From Eledone cirrhosa (taxonomy: Eukaryota), in assembly GCA_964016885.1 (NCBI GenBank), contig OZ024751.1, positions 20,708,001 through 20,772,000 of the forward strand: 64,000 bases of DNA, given 5' to 3'. Under the pieces are notes generated by a model. That model had not been told where the DNA came from. It did no database searches and saw only the letters and a list, made by a program, of their open reading frames with translations. Positions 1 through 13,277 of this stretch are shown piece by piece; the first letter of the stretch is position 1; every line of letters starts with the position of its first letter. Made by a program: the position numbers and the translations under genes.

Positions 1-300
1 TAATTTGTGAACAACCTACACTAGCCTTATCTGTTTCCCTACAGAATACCCTATCTAAATACGATCTGGATGACCCGATGCGGTTTGCCCATGTCCACAT
101 TGGCACATTCGGATAATCAAGTTTATACCTGTCAGACAGTTCAAAACGTCTGAGCATGTTGTTGAGGCTTTTACATCCTCCTTCAATGCCTACCAACCCC
201 ATATATCCCAGCGTGCATCTAAGATACCGTTCCAGTCGCCTACTAACACTAAAGAGCGGGACGTTCCAAGAAAGGTCTGAAGACGTCTGAAGAAATCTGG
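1..300 (-). pseudogene. L1/Tx1-type non-LTR retrotransposon APE endonuclease fragment (one frameshift)
   Basis: Manual minus-strand translation gives PDFFRRLQTFLGTSRSLVLVGDWNGILD, then after a frameshift ...YPNVPMWTWANRIGSSRSYLDRVF. These match the GD(F/W)N and TW...S.(L/I)DR motifs of APE-type endonucleases. Confidence 0.8.
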
Positions 301-334
301 CCGCTTGAGCTCTGCCGTCGGGGTTAAACATTTT

Positions 335-387
<53 letters not shown>

Positions 388-391
<4 letters not shown>

Positions 392-576
392 AAGTATGAC
401 CCCGACAGCAGAGCTCAAGCCGTTTCGACGGCTATTTCAGTCCAGAAATAGCCGTCGAAACGGCTTGAGCTATGCCGTGGGGGTCATACTTTTTCCTATT
501 TCACACTCTACTACTCTAAGTATTGAGTACTCTGGTGCATTATGGTCCATCTGGTTCCTTACCACAATTCCTTTGT

Positions 577-577
<1 letters not shown>
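388..577 (+). mobile_element. Fold-back element, family E (hairpin 388-495 plus tail), between (TA)n tracts
   Basis: gaaaaagtatgacccc...cggctatttc is inverted to gaaatagccg...ggggtcatactttttc. The tail has GAGTACT at 525-531. Homologous pieces at 301-337, 10389-10448 and 19882-20082. Confidence 0.75.
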
Positions 578-611
<34 letters not shown>

Positions 612-931
612 GTATATATATGTATATATGTGTGTGTGTGTGTGTCTGTGCGTATGTGTGTGTCTCTGTGTGTGTGTCTATGTGTGTCTGTGAGTCTTGA
701 GTGTATGTGTGTGTGTCTGTGTGTCTGTGTGTGTCTGTGTCTGTGTGTGTGTGTGTGTGAGTCTGTGTGTGTGTGTCTGTGTCTGTGTGTGTCTGTGTGT
801 GTCTGTGTGTGAGTCTGTGTGTGTGTGTGTGTGTGTGAGTCTGTGTGTGTGTGTCTGTGTCTGTGTGTGTCTGTGTGTGTGTGTGAGTCTGTGTGTCTGT
901 GTCTGTGTGTGTCTGTGTGTGTGTGTGTGTA
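578..931. repeat. (TA)n/(TG)n/(TGTC) compound microsatellite
   Basis: Directly visible. Confidence 0.95.
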
Positions 932-1114
932 CAATGTATATATTCTCCTCGTTCCTATTCAAACAACAGCTACAAACGAGAGCAACTATAAGAACACAAC
1001 GAGAACACGGAAGCTAAACATGGCTGCCTCCTGATACAATACCTAACATGACACGGGGGTGGGGGGCAACATTTGATCAGATGTGAACACAACATCTATT
1101 CTACACCCTATTGT

Positions 1115-2120
1115 GGTTGTAGTGGTAGTGGTGGTGGTCATGGTAGTAGTGGTGGTGGTGGTGGTCTTCGTTATAGTGGTGGTGGTGGTGGTGGCGGTCA
1201 TGGTAGTTGTGGTGGTGGTGGTGGTCTTCGTTATAGTGGTGATGGTGGTGGTGGTAGTAGTTGTAACAGTGGTGGTGGTGGCGGTCATGGTAGTAGTGGT
1301 GGTGGTGGTGGTGGTCTTCGTTATAGTGGTGATGGTGGTGGTGGTAGTAGTTGTAACAGTGGTGGTGGTGGTCATGGTAGTAGTGGTGGTGGTCTTCGTT
1401 ATAGTGGTGATGGTGGTGGTGGTAGTAGTTGTAACAGTGGTGGTGGTGGTGGTCATGGTAGTAGTGGTGGTGGTCTTCGTTATAGTGGTGATGGTGGTGG
1501 TGGTAGTAGTTGTAACAGTGGTGGTGGTGGTGGTCATGGTGGTAGTGGTGGTGGTCTTCGTTATAGTGGTGATGGTGGTGGTGGTAGTAGTTGTAACAGT
1601 GGTGGTGGTGGTGGTCATGGTAGTAGTGGTGGTGGTCTTCGTTATAGTGGTGATGGTGGTGGTGGTAGTAGTTGTAACAGTGGTGGTGGTGGTGGTCATG
1701 GTAGTAGTGGTGGTGGTCTTCGTTATAGTGGTGATGGTGGTGGTGGTGGTGGTGGTGGTGATAGTGCAGGTGTGATGTGGTGGTGGTGGTGGTGGTGGTG
1801 GTGAGAGCGGTGGTGGTGATGGTGGTGGTGATGATAGTGCAGGTGTGATGTGGTGGTAGTGGTGATGTTTGTGATAGTGTTGGTGGTGGTGGTAGTGGTG
1901 ATGTTTGTGATAGTGGCGGTTATGGTGGTGATGGTGATGTTAGTGATAGTGGTGGTGGTTATGGTGGTGGTGGTAGTGGTGGTAGTGGTGATGTTTCTGA
2001 TAGTGGCGGTGGTGGTGGTGATGGTGATGTTAGTGATAGTGGCGGTGGTGGTGGTGGTGCTGGTAGTGCTGATGTTAGTGGTGGTGGTGGTGGTGGTGGT
2101 GGTGGTGGTGGTGGTAGTTT
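1115..2120. repeat. GGT-based minisatellite (~81-bp higher-order unit) grading into degenerate (GGT/GAT)n
   Basis: The unit ggtcatggtagtagt...cttcgttatagtggtgat...tgtaacagt repeats about 7-8 times. Confidence 0.9.
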
Positions 2121-2437
2121 GGTAGCGTTAATGATTAGATTTTTGCTGGTTTCTGGTAGTGTTCTTTGTTGATGATGACGGTGGAGGTGGTGGCGAATTG
2201 CCCCGGGGGCGGAGTGGATCCACACTGATAAGAGGGTCTCTCACAGGTGTAACCAATGTAGTTATTGAATTTAGAGGACAATAGGGCCCCGGCAACAAAG
2301 AAAGGGACTCACAGACAAAAGAAGAACAGCCATAGCTACATCTAATATCAATCTCTCTCTTGCTTCAATCCCTCTCTTTCTCTCTCATTGTTTATTTCTA
2401 TTTATCTTTCTCTTTCTCGTTTTCTTTTTCTGCTATC

Positions 2438-2507
<70 letters not shown>

Positions 2508-2550
2508 TTTGTATTTCTCTTTCTTTTTCTCGTTTTCCTTTTCTGCTATC

Positions 2551-2590
<40 letters not shown>

Positions 2591-2804
2591 TTTGTATTTC
2601 TCTTTCTTTTTCTCGTTTTCCTTTTCTGCTACCTGTTTCTCTCTCTCTCTCTAAATATATATATATGTATGTATGTGTATGTGTGTGTGTGTGTATGTAT
2701 GTATATGTGTGTGTGTGTGTGTATGTATATATATATATATGTGTGTGTGTGTATGTATGTATGTTTGTTCGTCTCTGTCTCAGTATGTTTATTCCTCTCT
2801 TCCA

Positions 2805-2879
<75 letters not shown>

Positions 2880-2958
2880 TCACTCTCTCACTCTCTCTCT
2901 CTCTATATATATATATATACATATATATATATTTATATATATAATATATATATATATA

Positions 2959-3137
2959 CGAGGGCAATCCCAAAAGTAAGGTCTCCTTCCGATATTGCAA
3001 CTTTTCCGTTTAAAATCCTATGGATGGTGCTTCGGGAAACCTCTCAGGAACCAAAATGCAGAGAACATCCAGAGTGATCCGCCGATCTTTGGGCATGTTT
3101 TCCTCGAAAGGAGACCTTACTTTTGGGATTGCCCTCG
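2959..3137. mobile_element. Mariner-type MITE, 28-bp TIRs, TA target site
   Basis: TA|cgagggcaatcccaaaagtaaggtctcc ... ggagaccttacttttgggattgccctcg|TA. A second right TIR lies at 3328-3355. Confidence 0.85.
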
Positions 3138-3944
3138 TATATAATAACTGCGCGAAATTCTCACTTGGCGGTAGCGTTCAACGGGAGCTCCATTCTCAAC
3201 GGCTGCCAAGCCAAGATTGAGCATCCCAGCGAAGCGCGCGCATGCTTGTTTTGGAGTGAAGGAAGCCCCATCCGCAACAGTGTTGCCAACAGCCGTACGA
3301 ACAGTTTCTCTGCGTCCCCATCGCTTTGGAGACCTTACTTTTGGGATTACCCTCGTATATATATGTATGTGTGTGTATGTATATATATGTATATATGTAT
3401 ATATGTATGTATGTATATTTGCTCGCCTCTCTTTTCCCTCTCTCTGTCTCAGTGTGTTTATTCCTCCGCCCCTCTCTCACTCGGTCCCTCTCTCTCTCTA
3501 TCTGACAGAGGGTGTCACACAGGTATACAAACATTTGAAGTGTCTATCTCACCCGTCCACCCAGCCACACCATTATCCGAACCGCCCAGTATAGATAAGC
3601 AGATAAACACCATTGTCATAGATAAATATATGGGTTTGTGTGTAAGTTGGGTGGATGGGTATTGAAGGAAGTGGGGGTGGGGTGGGAATACAGCACTACC
3701 ACCACTACCACTACTACCACTACCACAACCACCATGACTACCACCACTACTAAAATCAACATCACTTACTATAACTGTTAATAAGCATCACAACCATCAC
3801 AATCTTCACCAGTACCACCACCACCACCACTACTACTACTACAACCAACCCACAAATACAATCACCATCACTACTAGCACCACTACAACCATCACCACCA
3901 CTATTGCCATCTCAACTAAAAAAAACGACGACTAACACAACGAC

Positions 3945-3975
<31 letters not shown>

Positions 3976-4531
3976 ACCCACACACCCACACCTACCCACA
4001 CATACCACCACCACCAACACCCACCACCACTACCACCACCACCACCACCACCACCACCACCACCACCACCACCACCACAACGACCACTACCACCACCACC
4101 ACCACCACCACCACCACCAACACCACCACCACCACTACCACCACCACCACCACAACGACCACTACCACCACCACCACCACTACTACTACCACCACCACCA
4201 CCACCCCTCAAAACCACCCCCGGTTCTATAAAACCAAAAAAAACAAACATTATAAAGGGCTTTTATTTAAATTTATTAAAACATGTTCTATCACAAAGTA
4301 ATATGAGAACCTTTCGTTAAGTTATGTTTCCAATACCACCGTAAGATATCACCAAACATTTTAGGAGAGTAGAAAGCCAATCATATCGACTTCAGTGCAT
4401 TACTGGTACTTTATTTTATAAACCCCTAATAATTATGTTAAATCTCCCCAAATTCTACATTAATTAATTAGAAATATGGTAATGTTAAAATCTTACTATT
4501 GGATCCATTGTATTATTCTTATAGACTATTA

Positions 4532-4756
4532 GGGCGGTGGATTGGCAGTATCGGTAGAGAGTCGGACGTCATGCTTTGCAGCATAGAGTTATGCCCCTTT
4601 ACGCTCTGAGTTCAAATTCCACCGAGGTTAACTTTGCTTTTCATCCTTACGGGGGTCGATAAAATAAACTACCAGTAACGTACTGGGGTCGATTTAATCG
4701 ACTTTCCCCTCCCCACGAATTACTGGCCTTGTGCCTATACTAGAAATCATTATTAT
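4532..4756 (+). mobile_element. tRNA-derived SINE (dominant family)
   Basis: A box TGGCAGTATCGG, B box GAGTTCAAATTCC, core aactttgcttttcatccttacgggggtcgataaaataa and an (ATT)n tail; many copies in the window. Confidence 0.9.
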
Positions 4757-4767
4757 AGACCCTTAAA

Positions 4768-4957
4768 GGCGGTGGATTGGCAGTATCGGTAGAGGGTCGG
4801 ACGCCATGCTTTCCAGCATAGTTACGTCCCTTTACGATCTGAGTTCAAATCCCGCCGAGGTTGACTTTGCCTTTCATCCTTACGGGGTCGATAAAATAAA
4901 GTACCAGTAATGCACTGGGTAATTGCTGGCCTTGTGCCTAAAGTAGAAACAATTATT
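4768..4957 (+). mobile_element. tRNA-derived SINE (dominant family)
   Basis: Same A/B boxes and core, tandem to the previous copy. Confidence 0.9.
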
Positions 4958-5014
4958 TGTCGTGTAATATATGTTATTTTCTTCTGTAGATTTAGTACAA
5001 AAATAAAGTGGTAT

Positions 5015-5160
5015 ATAATGATTTCTACTATAGGCATCAGGCCAGCAATTTGGGAGAGGGGAAAGTCGATTAAATCGAACCCAGTGCGTTACTGGTACTT
5101 TATTTTATCGACCCCCGTAAGGATGAAAGGCAACGCTAACCTCGGTGGGATTTGAAGTCA
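5015..5160 (-). mobile_element. 5'-truncated SINE with target-site duplication
   Basis: Reverse copy of the core flanked by aaagtggtatataatga / aaagtggtatacaatga. Confidence 0.85.
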
Positions 5161-5224
5161 AAAGTGGTATACAATGAAAACGTAGAAGTGGTCTCAGGAA
5201 AGAATTAAAAAAACCCCCAAAACA

Positions 5225-5690
5225 ATAGCTTTGACTTTTATCCTTTTGGTGTCGATAAAATAAGATACCAGTAACGCACTGGGGTCGATTTAATCAACTT
5301 TCCCTTCCTCTCCAAATTATTGGCTTCCTGCCTAAATCAGAAACCATTTTTGTTATACATTAACCGCTGTATGATTGCTATGTCACCGGATATCAGTATA
5401 AAATAAGATACCAGTAACGCACTGGGGTCGATTTAATCAACTTTCCCTCCCTCTCCAAATTATTGGCTTCCTGCCTAAATCAGAAACGATTTTTGTTATA
5501 CATTAACCGCTGTATGATTGCTATGTCACCGGATATCAATATAAAATAAGATACCAGTAATGCACTGAAGTATATATAATTGACTAGCCGCCCCACAAAT
5601 TGCTGGTTTTGTGCTTAAATCATAAATTTGTTATTTGTTTCACATTGCTCGCTGTACGATTGCTATGTCACTGGATATCAATACAACCTT
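5225..5690 (+). repeat. SINE 3' half plus flank, tandemly triplicated (~140-bp unit)
   Basis: taaaataagataccagtaa...gattgctatgtcac(c/t)ggatatca occurs three times. Confidence 0.75.
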
Positions 5691-6079
5691 AAATGTCAAG
5701 ACACAGCTTATATATTGAAGAGAGGGAAACTCATAAAACGCTATTGACATTTGGTTAGATTTACTAAAAGTGATAAGAAAATTAGGGCAAGGGTAGACTT
5801 AAAAATACTTATGAATGAATTATTATATATTAAATTGTACAGTTGAAGTGTTCTCCTATACGTTAAATTGTACACAAGAAGAAGAAGAAGAAGAAGAAGA
5901 AGAAGAAGAAGAAGAAGAAGAAGAAGAAGAAGAAGGAGGAGGAGGAGGAGAAGAAGAAGAAGAAGAAGTCGCTCGACAAGATCCAACGTTTCATTCGCTT
6001 ACCTAGTAGGGTGGAATTCGCTAAAACGGACCGAGGAAACAATGTTTCCATTGGTCTCTGGTCTTATGATCTAACAAAT

Positions 6080-6200
6080 CCTGGCAGAAAGAGCAACATG
6101 TAACAAAGTGTTTTACTCAAGGACATAGCGTATCGCTCGGTTTGGGAATCGAACTCGCAACCTTAAGTTTGTGATTCCAGTTCTCTAACCACTATACTAT
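6080..6200 (-). mobile_element. Older tRNA-head SINE (second family)
   Basis: The reverse strand reads tagtggttagag...gagttcgattccc...gtccttgagtaaaacact. Related copies at 26630-26740 and 52560-52690. Confidence 0.65.
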
Positions 6201-6904
6201 AAATTCATAGAAATCGTATAGGATTTAACCGAGGCTGCTAGAAATATATATGCAAATACACACATTTATATATGTAAACGTTGTCATTACAGCATCAGGT
6301 TTCTCATAACAACTGGAGCCTGCCGTCATCAACCAGCTTGGTAGTAAGCATTCAGACGAGATAACCTTCCCGTCTGAGGTGGGGGGAAATTTTTAATCTG
6401 AGGCGTCTTGTGCTGCGACATATTCTTCGCTTTCAGCCTTTCATTTTCTTTCATTCTCTTTCATACTTCCATTCTCCCACTCTGGAAGAAATCTGCTGAA
6501 TTCGGATCTGGAGAGGAGATGGATCCCCGCCAGGTTTTAAAAATTCCCTAGAAACGCTGTATATCAATACGGCGTTCCTAGGACTCCCTCAGGAGTTACA
6601 AGACAAAAAGGAGATACTATACAATATGTTCGTAGTGGCGGCAAATTAGAAGAATCTTTAGAACGTTGGTTAGAATGCTTTGCAGTATTTTTCGGCTCTC
6701 TGCGTTCTGAGTTCTTGCCAAGGTCAACTTGCCCCTTAATTTCACGAGCAGGCTCCTCCAGTTGTTCCAACAACTGAAACGCTCATCCTCGGAACCGACG
6801 GAGATCCAACTCATGAAATTGTATAGTACAGTATAACATTAAATAAAATTGAACCTGGGATACTTTCTTCTGCCATTTCCGAAGATGATGTCTTTGTCTG
6901 TCTA

Positions 6905-6965
<61 letters not shown>

Positions 6966-7166
6966 ATGTATGTATGTCTGTTTGTCTGCCTGCCTGTCTG
7001 TCTGTTTGTCTGTTTGTCTGTTTGTCTGTTTGTTTATTTGCCAGTATATTTGCCTGTCTGCCTGTCTCTCACTCTGTCTGTTTGTCTATCAGTAAGTCTG
7101 TTTATCTATTTGACTGTTTGTTTATCTGGCTGTCCGCCTGTCTCTCTATTTCTCTGTCTGCCTGCT

Positions 7167-7261
<95 letters not shown>

Positions 7262-7551
7262 TCTCTCTTTCTCTCAGTATCAGTTTCTCTTCCCGCTTCT
7301 CTCCCTGTATCAGTTTCTCTCTACCTCTCTACACGCCCTCTCTCTCTGGCCCTTTCTCTCTCCCTCTTTCCGCCCCTCTTTTTGTATGTCCTCTTCTTTC
7401 TCTGTATCTCTTACCTTGTCTCTTTCCCTCCTTCTCCCTCCCTACCTCCCCTTATTTCTCCCCGCCTCCTCTCTCTGCTATAAAGACCATTATGACATTT
7501 ATTCTTGAACAGAAATCTGAGCCACACCAAACTGTTAACCTTGAGATTGAT

Positions 7552-8372
7552 AACAACAACAACACCAGCAGCAGTAATAATAATGACGACCATAACAACA
7601 ACAACAACAACAACAACAAACAAAGGCCACAAATAACAACAACAGCACCAGTAACAACATTAGCAACAACAACAACAACACCAGTAATAATAATAATGAC
7701 GGCCATAATAACAACAACAACAACAGCAGTAACAACAGTAGTAACAACAGCAGCAGTAACAACAGCAGTAACAACAGTAGTAACAACAGTAGTAACAACA
7801 GCAGTAACAACAGCAGTAACAACAACAGCAGTAACAACAACAGTAACAACAACAGTAGTAACAACAGCAGTAACAACAGCAGTAACAACAACAGCAGTAA
7901 CAACAGCAGTAACAACAGTAGTAGCAACAGCAGCAGTAACAACAGCAGTAACAACAACAGCAGTAACAACAGCAGTAACAACAGTAGTAACAACAGCAGT
8001 AACAACAGCAGTAACAACAGCAGTAACAACAACAGCAGTAACAACAACAGTAGTAACAACAGCAGCAGTAACAACAGTAGTAACAACAACAGTAGTAACA
8101 ACAACAGTAACAACAACAGCAGTAACAACAGCAGTAACAACAGTAGTAACAACTGCAGCAGTAACAACAGTAGCAACAACAACAACAACAGCAGTAACAA
8201 TGATGACAACCATAACAACAACAACAGCAGTAACAACAGTAACAACAACAACAACAACAACAACAGTAGCAACATCAACAACAGCAGTAACAACAGTAAC
8301 AACAACAACAACAACAACAACAATAGTAAAATCAGTAGGTAAAATAACAACAACAGTAACAACAACAGCAAC
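7552..8372. repeat. (AAC/AGC/AGT)n compound trinucleotide array
   Basis: Directly visible. Confidence 0.95.
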
Positions 8373-8414
8373 AATTAACTTAGGTGCAACGCCTCTGATT
8401 TTCGTACGTATGTA

Positions 8415-8503
<89 letters not shown>

Positions 8504-9000
8504 ATGTGTGTGTATGTATGTATGTGTATATATATACGTATGAAAGTGTATGTATGTATGTATGTATGTATGTATGTATGTATGTATGTATGTATTTATG
8601 TATGTATGTATGTATGTATATAAGTGTGTGTAAGTATGTGTGTATGTATATAAGTGTATATATGTATGTGTATGTATATGTATGTGTCTATGTGTATGTA
8701 TGGGTGTGTATGTATGTATGTGTGTATGTATGTATGTATGCGTATGTAAGTGTATGTATGTAAGTGTATGTGTGTAAGTGTATTTATATAAGTGTATTTA
8801 TGTAAGCGTATGTAAGTGTATGTATGTAGGTGTATTTGTGTAAGTGTATTTATGTAAGCGTATGTAAGTGTATGTATGTAGGTGTATTTGTGTAAGTGTA
8901 TTTATGTAAGCGTATGTAAGTGTATGTATGTAAATGTATTTGTGTAAGTGTATGTATGCGGGGTGGGTAAAACGATGGCGAATGATCAACAACAGTAGCA

Positions 9001-9042
<42 letters not shown>

Positions 9043-9151
9043 GCTACTACTACTACTACTACTACTACTACTAGTAAATCCACCAACGTGAATAAACAAT
9101 GTTGAAGTAGCCAGGTTAAGGTTGATAAAGTGGGATATAAGTAGTAGATAA

Positions 9152-9217
<66 letters not shown>

Positions 9218-9628
9218 TATTAAATAAATGGAAAACTATATTTATAAAACCATATTTATTTCATTATATATATTTCGGGGATATCATATTAACAATATGC
9301 TATGCCTTCATCAGACAAAATACAATATAAACAGTTTTATAGATAAATATATTCGACATACCGTAATAAACATCAACTTCATTTGAAGAGGTTTACGCTA
9401 GCAGTCATATTTATCTATAAAACTGTTTATATTGTATTTTGTCTGATGAAGGCATAGCATATTGTTAATATGATATCCCCGAAATATATATAATGAAATA
9501 AATATGGTTTTATAAATATAGTTTTCCATTTATTTAATATTGTAAATATACTCCAAATATTTGTCGAGTGCTTTTATATCAGTTATAAATATTTACTAGT
9601 TGTAACCCAACAATTTTAAATATAACTT

Positions 9629-9631
<3 letters not shown>
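9218..9631 (+). mobile_element. PLE-derived fold-back element, family A (arms ~9218-9351 / 9407-9540, tail to 9631)
   Basis: Near-perfect ~133-bp inverted arms, each containing an HHR. GAGTGCT at 9566-9572; (TA)n on both sides. Confidence 0.88.
9435..9500 (+). ncRNA. Minimal type I hammerhead ribozyme (mirror copy on minus strand 9257-9322)
   Basis: tattttgt-CTGATGA-aggcatagcatattgttaatatgatatcccc-GAAA-tatata-TA-atgaaata: 8-bp stem I (2 GU), hairpin stem II, palindromic stem III. Confidence 0.88.
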
Positions 9632-9694
<63 letters not shown>

Positions 9695-9702
<8 letters not shown>

Positions 9703-10312
9703 TAACAGATTAAAGTTTAAGCAAAGAATCGCTGCATTCACCCTTAATGGGATCTTCTGAAACTAACAAAGTCGATCTGTGAACGCGGAAGTGAATATTT
9801 AAAAAAAAACGTTGCAGCCGGAGGAAGACAGGAAGACGATACTTTGGTTCGTGGGAACGTTCCCTGGCAAAGAACGGGAAAAAACGAATATAATTGTTTC
9901 TACTTTTGGCACAAGGCCATCAATTACCCACTGTATTACTGGTACTTTATTTTATCGACCCCGTAAGGATGAAAGGCAAAGTTAACCTCGGCAGGATTTG
10001 AACTCAGACCGCAAAAGGGACGTAACTATGTTGGAAAGCATGGCGTCCGACCCTCTACCGATACTGCCAATCCACCGTCCTCGAATATAATACGTCATTA
10101 TTTGGAGCGATGAAAAACAATTACACGCAAAGACAAAACCACGTTTATGGTATAAAAGAAGTCGTAGACTAATATTCTATTTGGTGGTTCATGGAGACGT
10201 TCTCTGGCAATGAACGGAAAAAACGAATATAATACGGTTCTTATATATTTGATATATATTTATCCTTATCGAGCCCTCTTTGGATTTTAGTCTTCAAATT
10301 TATTATTATTAC
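9695..10312. mobile_element. Family B PLE-like terminal element interrupted by a SINE
   Basis: Begins with the family B arm (attaaaataacagattaaagtttaagcaaagaatc) and ends with the family B tail (ttatcgagccctcttttggattttagtcttcaaa). Confidence 0.7.
9891..10080 (-). mobile_element. Full-length SINE with TSD cgaatataat
   Basis: A/B boxes on the minus strand; cgaatataat at 9885 and 10082. Confidence 0.9.
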
Positions 10313-10448
10313 TATATATATATATACATATAATATACATTATATATTTCGTTTCGTAACAATACATTATATATATATATACATACATAGGAAAAAGTAT
10401 GACCCCAACGGCAGACCTCAAGCTGTTTCGACGGCTATTTCTGGACCA

Positions 10449-10607
<159 letters not shown>

Positions 10608-10610
10608 AGT

Positions 10611-11048
10611 ATACGATATTAATAAATGGAAACTATATTTATAAAACCATATTTATTTCATTATATATATTTCAAGGATACCAAGTTACATTATGGTATG
10701 CCTTCATCAGACAAAATACAATATATAACAGTTTTATAAATAGACATTGACGTACCCTTTTAAAAATTGACCGTTGCGTTTGGAGGCCATCAGGATAGTG
10801 GTTTGTTTACTTTAGTAAGTCATAGTGTCTATTTATAAAACTGTTATATATTGTATTTTGTCTGATGAAGGCATACCATAATGTAACTTGGTATCCTTGA
10901 AATATATATAATGAAATAAATATGGTTTTATAAATATAGTTTCCATTTATTAATATCGTATATCTACTCCAAATATTTGTCGAGTGCTTTATATCAGTTA
11001 TAAAAATATTTGCTTGTTGTATCCCAACAATTTAAATAGAACTTTTGC
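10611..11048 (+). mobile_element. Family A fold-back element with two HHRs (10854-10918 +, 10654-10718 -)
   Basis: Arms ~10611-10748 / 10824-10961. tattttgt-CTGATGA-aggcataccataatgtaacttggtatcctt-GAAA-tatata-TA-atgaaata. GAGTGCT at 10982. Confidence 0.88.
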
Positions 11049-12186
11049 ATATATATAAGTATATATATACTGTATATATATACATACATGCATACATATA
11101 TATATATACATATATATTTATATATATATATACACACACACACGTGTGTGTGTAATTGCCAAAGGTTGTCATACCAACCAGGTTGATAAACAACAAGAGG
11201 AGCAACTGTGAAGTGGATAAATGCATGGATTGGCAATATGTGTGTGGTGGTGGTGGTGGTGGTGGTGGTGGTGGGGGGGGGGGGTGTTAGTGGTGATGGT
11301 GATGGTGGTTGTGGTGGTGGTATTGTAGTGGTGGTGATGATGATGGGATTAGTGGTGGTGGTAGTGTTGGTGGTGGTAGTGGTGCTGGTGATTGCGGTGG
11401 TTGTAGTAGTAGTAGTAGTGGTGGTGGTGTTAGTGTTAGTGGTGGTGGTGATGGTGATGGTTGTGTTGGTGGTTGTGGTGGATGTGGTGGTGGTGATGGT
11501 GTTGGTGTTAGTGGCGGTGGTGGTGATGTTGGTGGTTGTGGTGGTGGTATTGTAGTGGTGGCGATGATGATGGTAGTGGTGGTGAATGTGATTGTGGTGG
11601 TTGTGGTAATGGTGGTGTTGGTGGTGACGGTGGAGCCGATGAGGTATGGCTGTTGTTTTGTATCGGAAGAAAACAAAAAAAAATACATTCATTCCTCTCC
11701 TCCATCCACTCTCTTACTCACCCACTCTCCCACTCCCCTACTCACCCACTCCCCTACTCACCCACTATCCCACTCCCCCACTCCCCCACTCACCCAGTCA
11801 CCTACTGCCTCTCTACAATGTAAATATCAGCAATAGCAGGAACAATAACACCACTACTGGTCTCTCAAACTTATAAAAATAACAACCAATCTCCCCTCAC
11901 TCACATAATCAGCACATAATATATTTACTATGTTGTATACTTGTCTAATCAATTTGCTAACCGAATATACCTCGCTGAAGAGACCTAATAAGATTGAAGT
12001 ATGTCACTGGGTCGGTTTTAAGACAAGGTTCACTCCCACAACATGGTTTAAAGTTGTCTGAAAAGTCTTGAATCAGCTCAGGCATATAAGAATTTCTCTG
12101 AGTTATAAATATATTAAACATAGAAATGACTTCTACCGAACTAGAATTGTTTCATTCGTATGAAATCATCGTTTTTGTGTTTTTTC

Positions 12187-12225
<39 letters not shown>

Positions 12226-12226
<1 letters not shown>

Positions 12227-12597
12227 GAGGTGTGTCAGAAAAGTTCCAGGACTGATGTCACAAAAGATTTATTTCAAACCCAAACTTAACACTAAGAGTT
12301 TTCTCCTTCAAAGTAATCCCCCTGGAGTATGTAACTGTAATCTTAGCTCTCTGCAGCGATCAAAATCTTTTCTTCATAATTTTATATACATGTCCTCTGT
12401 TTCAGGTCGTCAAGCAATGAGCACAGAGCAACGAACAAACTTGAAGTTTCTGGTACGGTTGGGTAAAAGTCCGTCAGAAGCACTGGGATTGCTGCAGCAA
12501 GTGTATGGAGATGAGACGATGTCACGCTCACGTGTTTTTGAGTGGTGCAAGATGACCCCAGGAGCGGAAGGCCCTCAACAACCAGGACTGAGGTCAA
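12226..12597 (+). mobile_element. Mariner transposon 5' fragment (transposase N-terminal HTH)
   Basis: TA|cgaggtgtgtcagaaaagttcc TIR; ORF segment MSTEQRTNLKFLVRLGKSPSEALGLLQQVYGDETMSRSRVFEW. Confidence 0.88.
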
Positions 12598-12617
12598 ATA
12601 TATATATATATATATAT

Positions 12618-12734
12618 ATAAGTTGAAATAAAATGAAAACGAAATTTCATTTCTCACTCTTAGTACGGCACTTACTTAAATGTAAGTATGTGTGTATACG
12701 TACATACATATATGTATACAGACGTACAGTAGCA

Positions 12735-12800
<66 letters not shown>

Positions 12801-13231
12801 CAGGTACACATACATATATGCACGTATCAGTTTAGCGGACGCTTATTATAACGCCGCTTTGTTCGTTTGTAAACAAACTGAACAGCCTGAATTTTTATGC
12901 CGTACGGTGTTAAGGCAACCACGTCACCTTTTTGTTCAACACTGACACAGGAACGATGTACTAGTTTCAAGCTTGTTAGCTATCATCAGCACCGTATACC
13001 CATCTGCCAGATAGTTGAACGTTCGAAAGTATATACTTTCCTTATGAAAATTAACGGCTGAGCAGCCTAATTTGCATATCGAGTGAGCTAAGTCGGTCAG
13101 GCAAACCGAAAACGATAAGTTGAAATAAAATGAAAACGAAATTTCATTTCTCACTCTTAGTACGGCACTTACTTAAATGTAAGTATGTGTGTATACGTAC
13201 ATACATATATGTATACAGACGTACAGTAGCA

Positions 13232-13277
<46 letters not shown>

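Noticed and set aside
1073-1804. 243-aa Gly/Ser/Cys-rich ORF (GHGSSGGGLRYSGDGGGGSSCNS repeats) resembling a structural protein
   Set aside because: It is a GGT-based minisatellite. Other frames are also open (poly-V, poly-T), Gly codons are almost all GGT, and there is no signal peptide or clear exon structure.
4532-4630. tRNA gene
   Set aside because: A/B boxes are present but followed by a SINE core and tail in many diverged copies; no full cloverleaf.
7492-8763. 423-aa mucin-like Thr/Val/Ala ORF
   Set aside because: An (AAC/AGC/AGT)n array running into (TA)/(TG) repeats; open in several frames on both strands.
11975-12010. Hammerhead CTGAAGA-gacctaataagatt-GAAG-tatgTC
   Set aside because: GAAA is mutated and stems I/II are poor; at best a decayed relic, so it was not counted.
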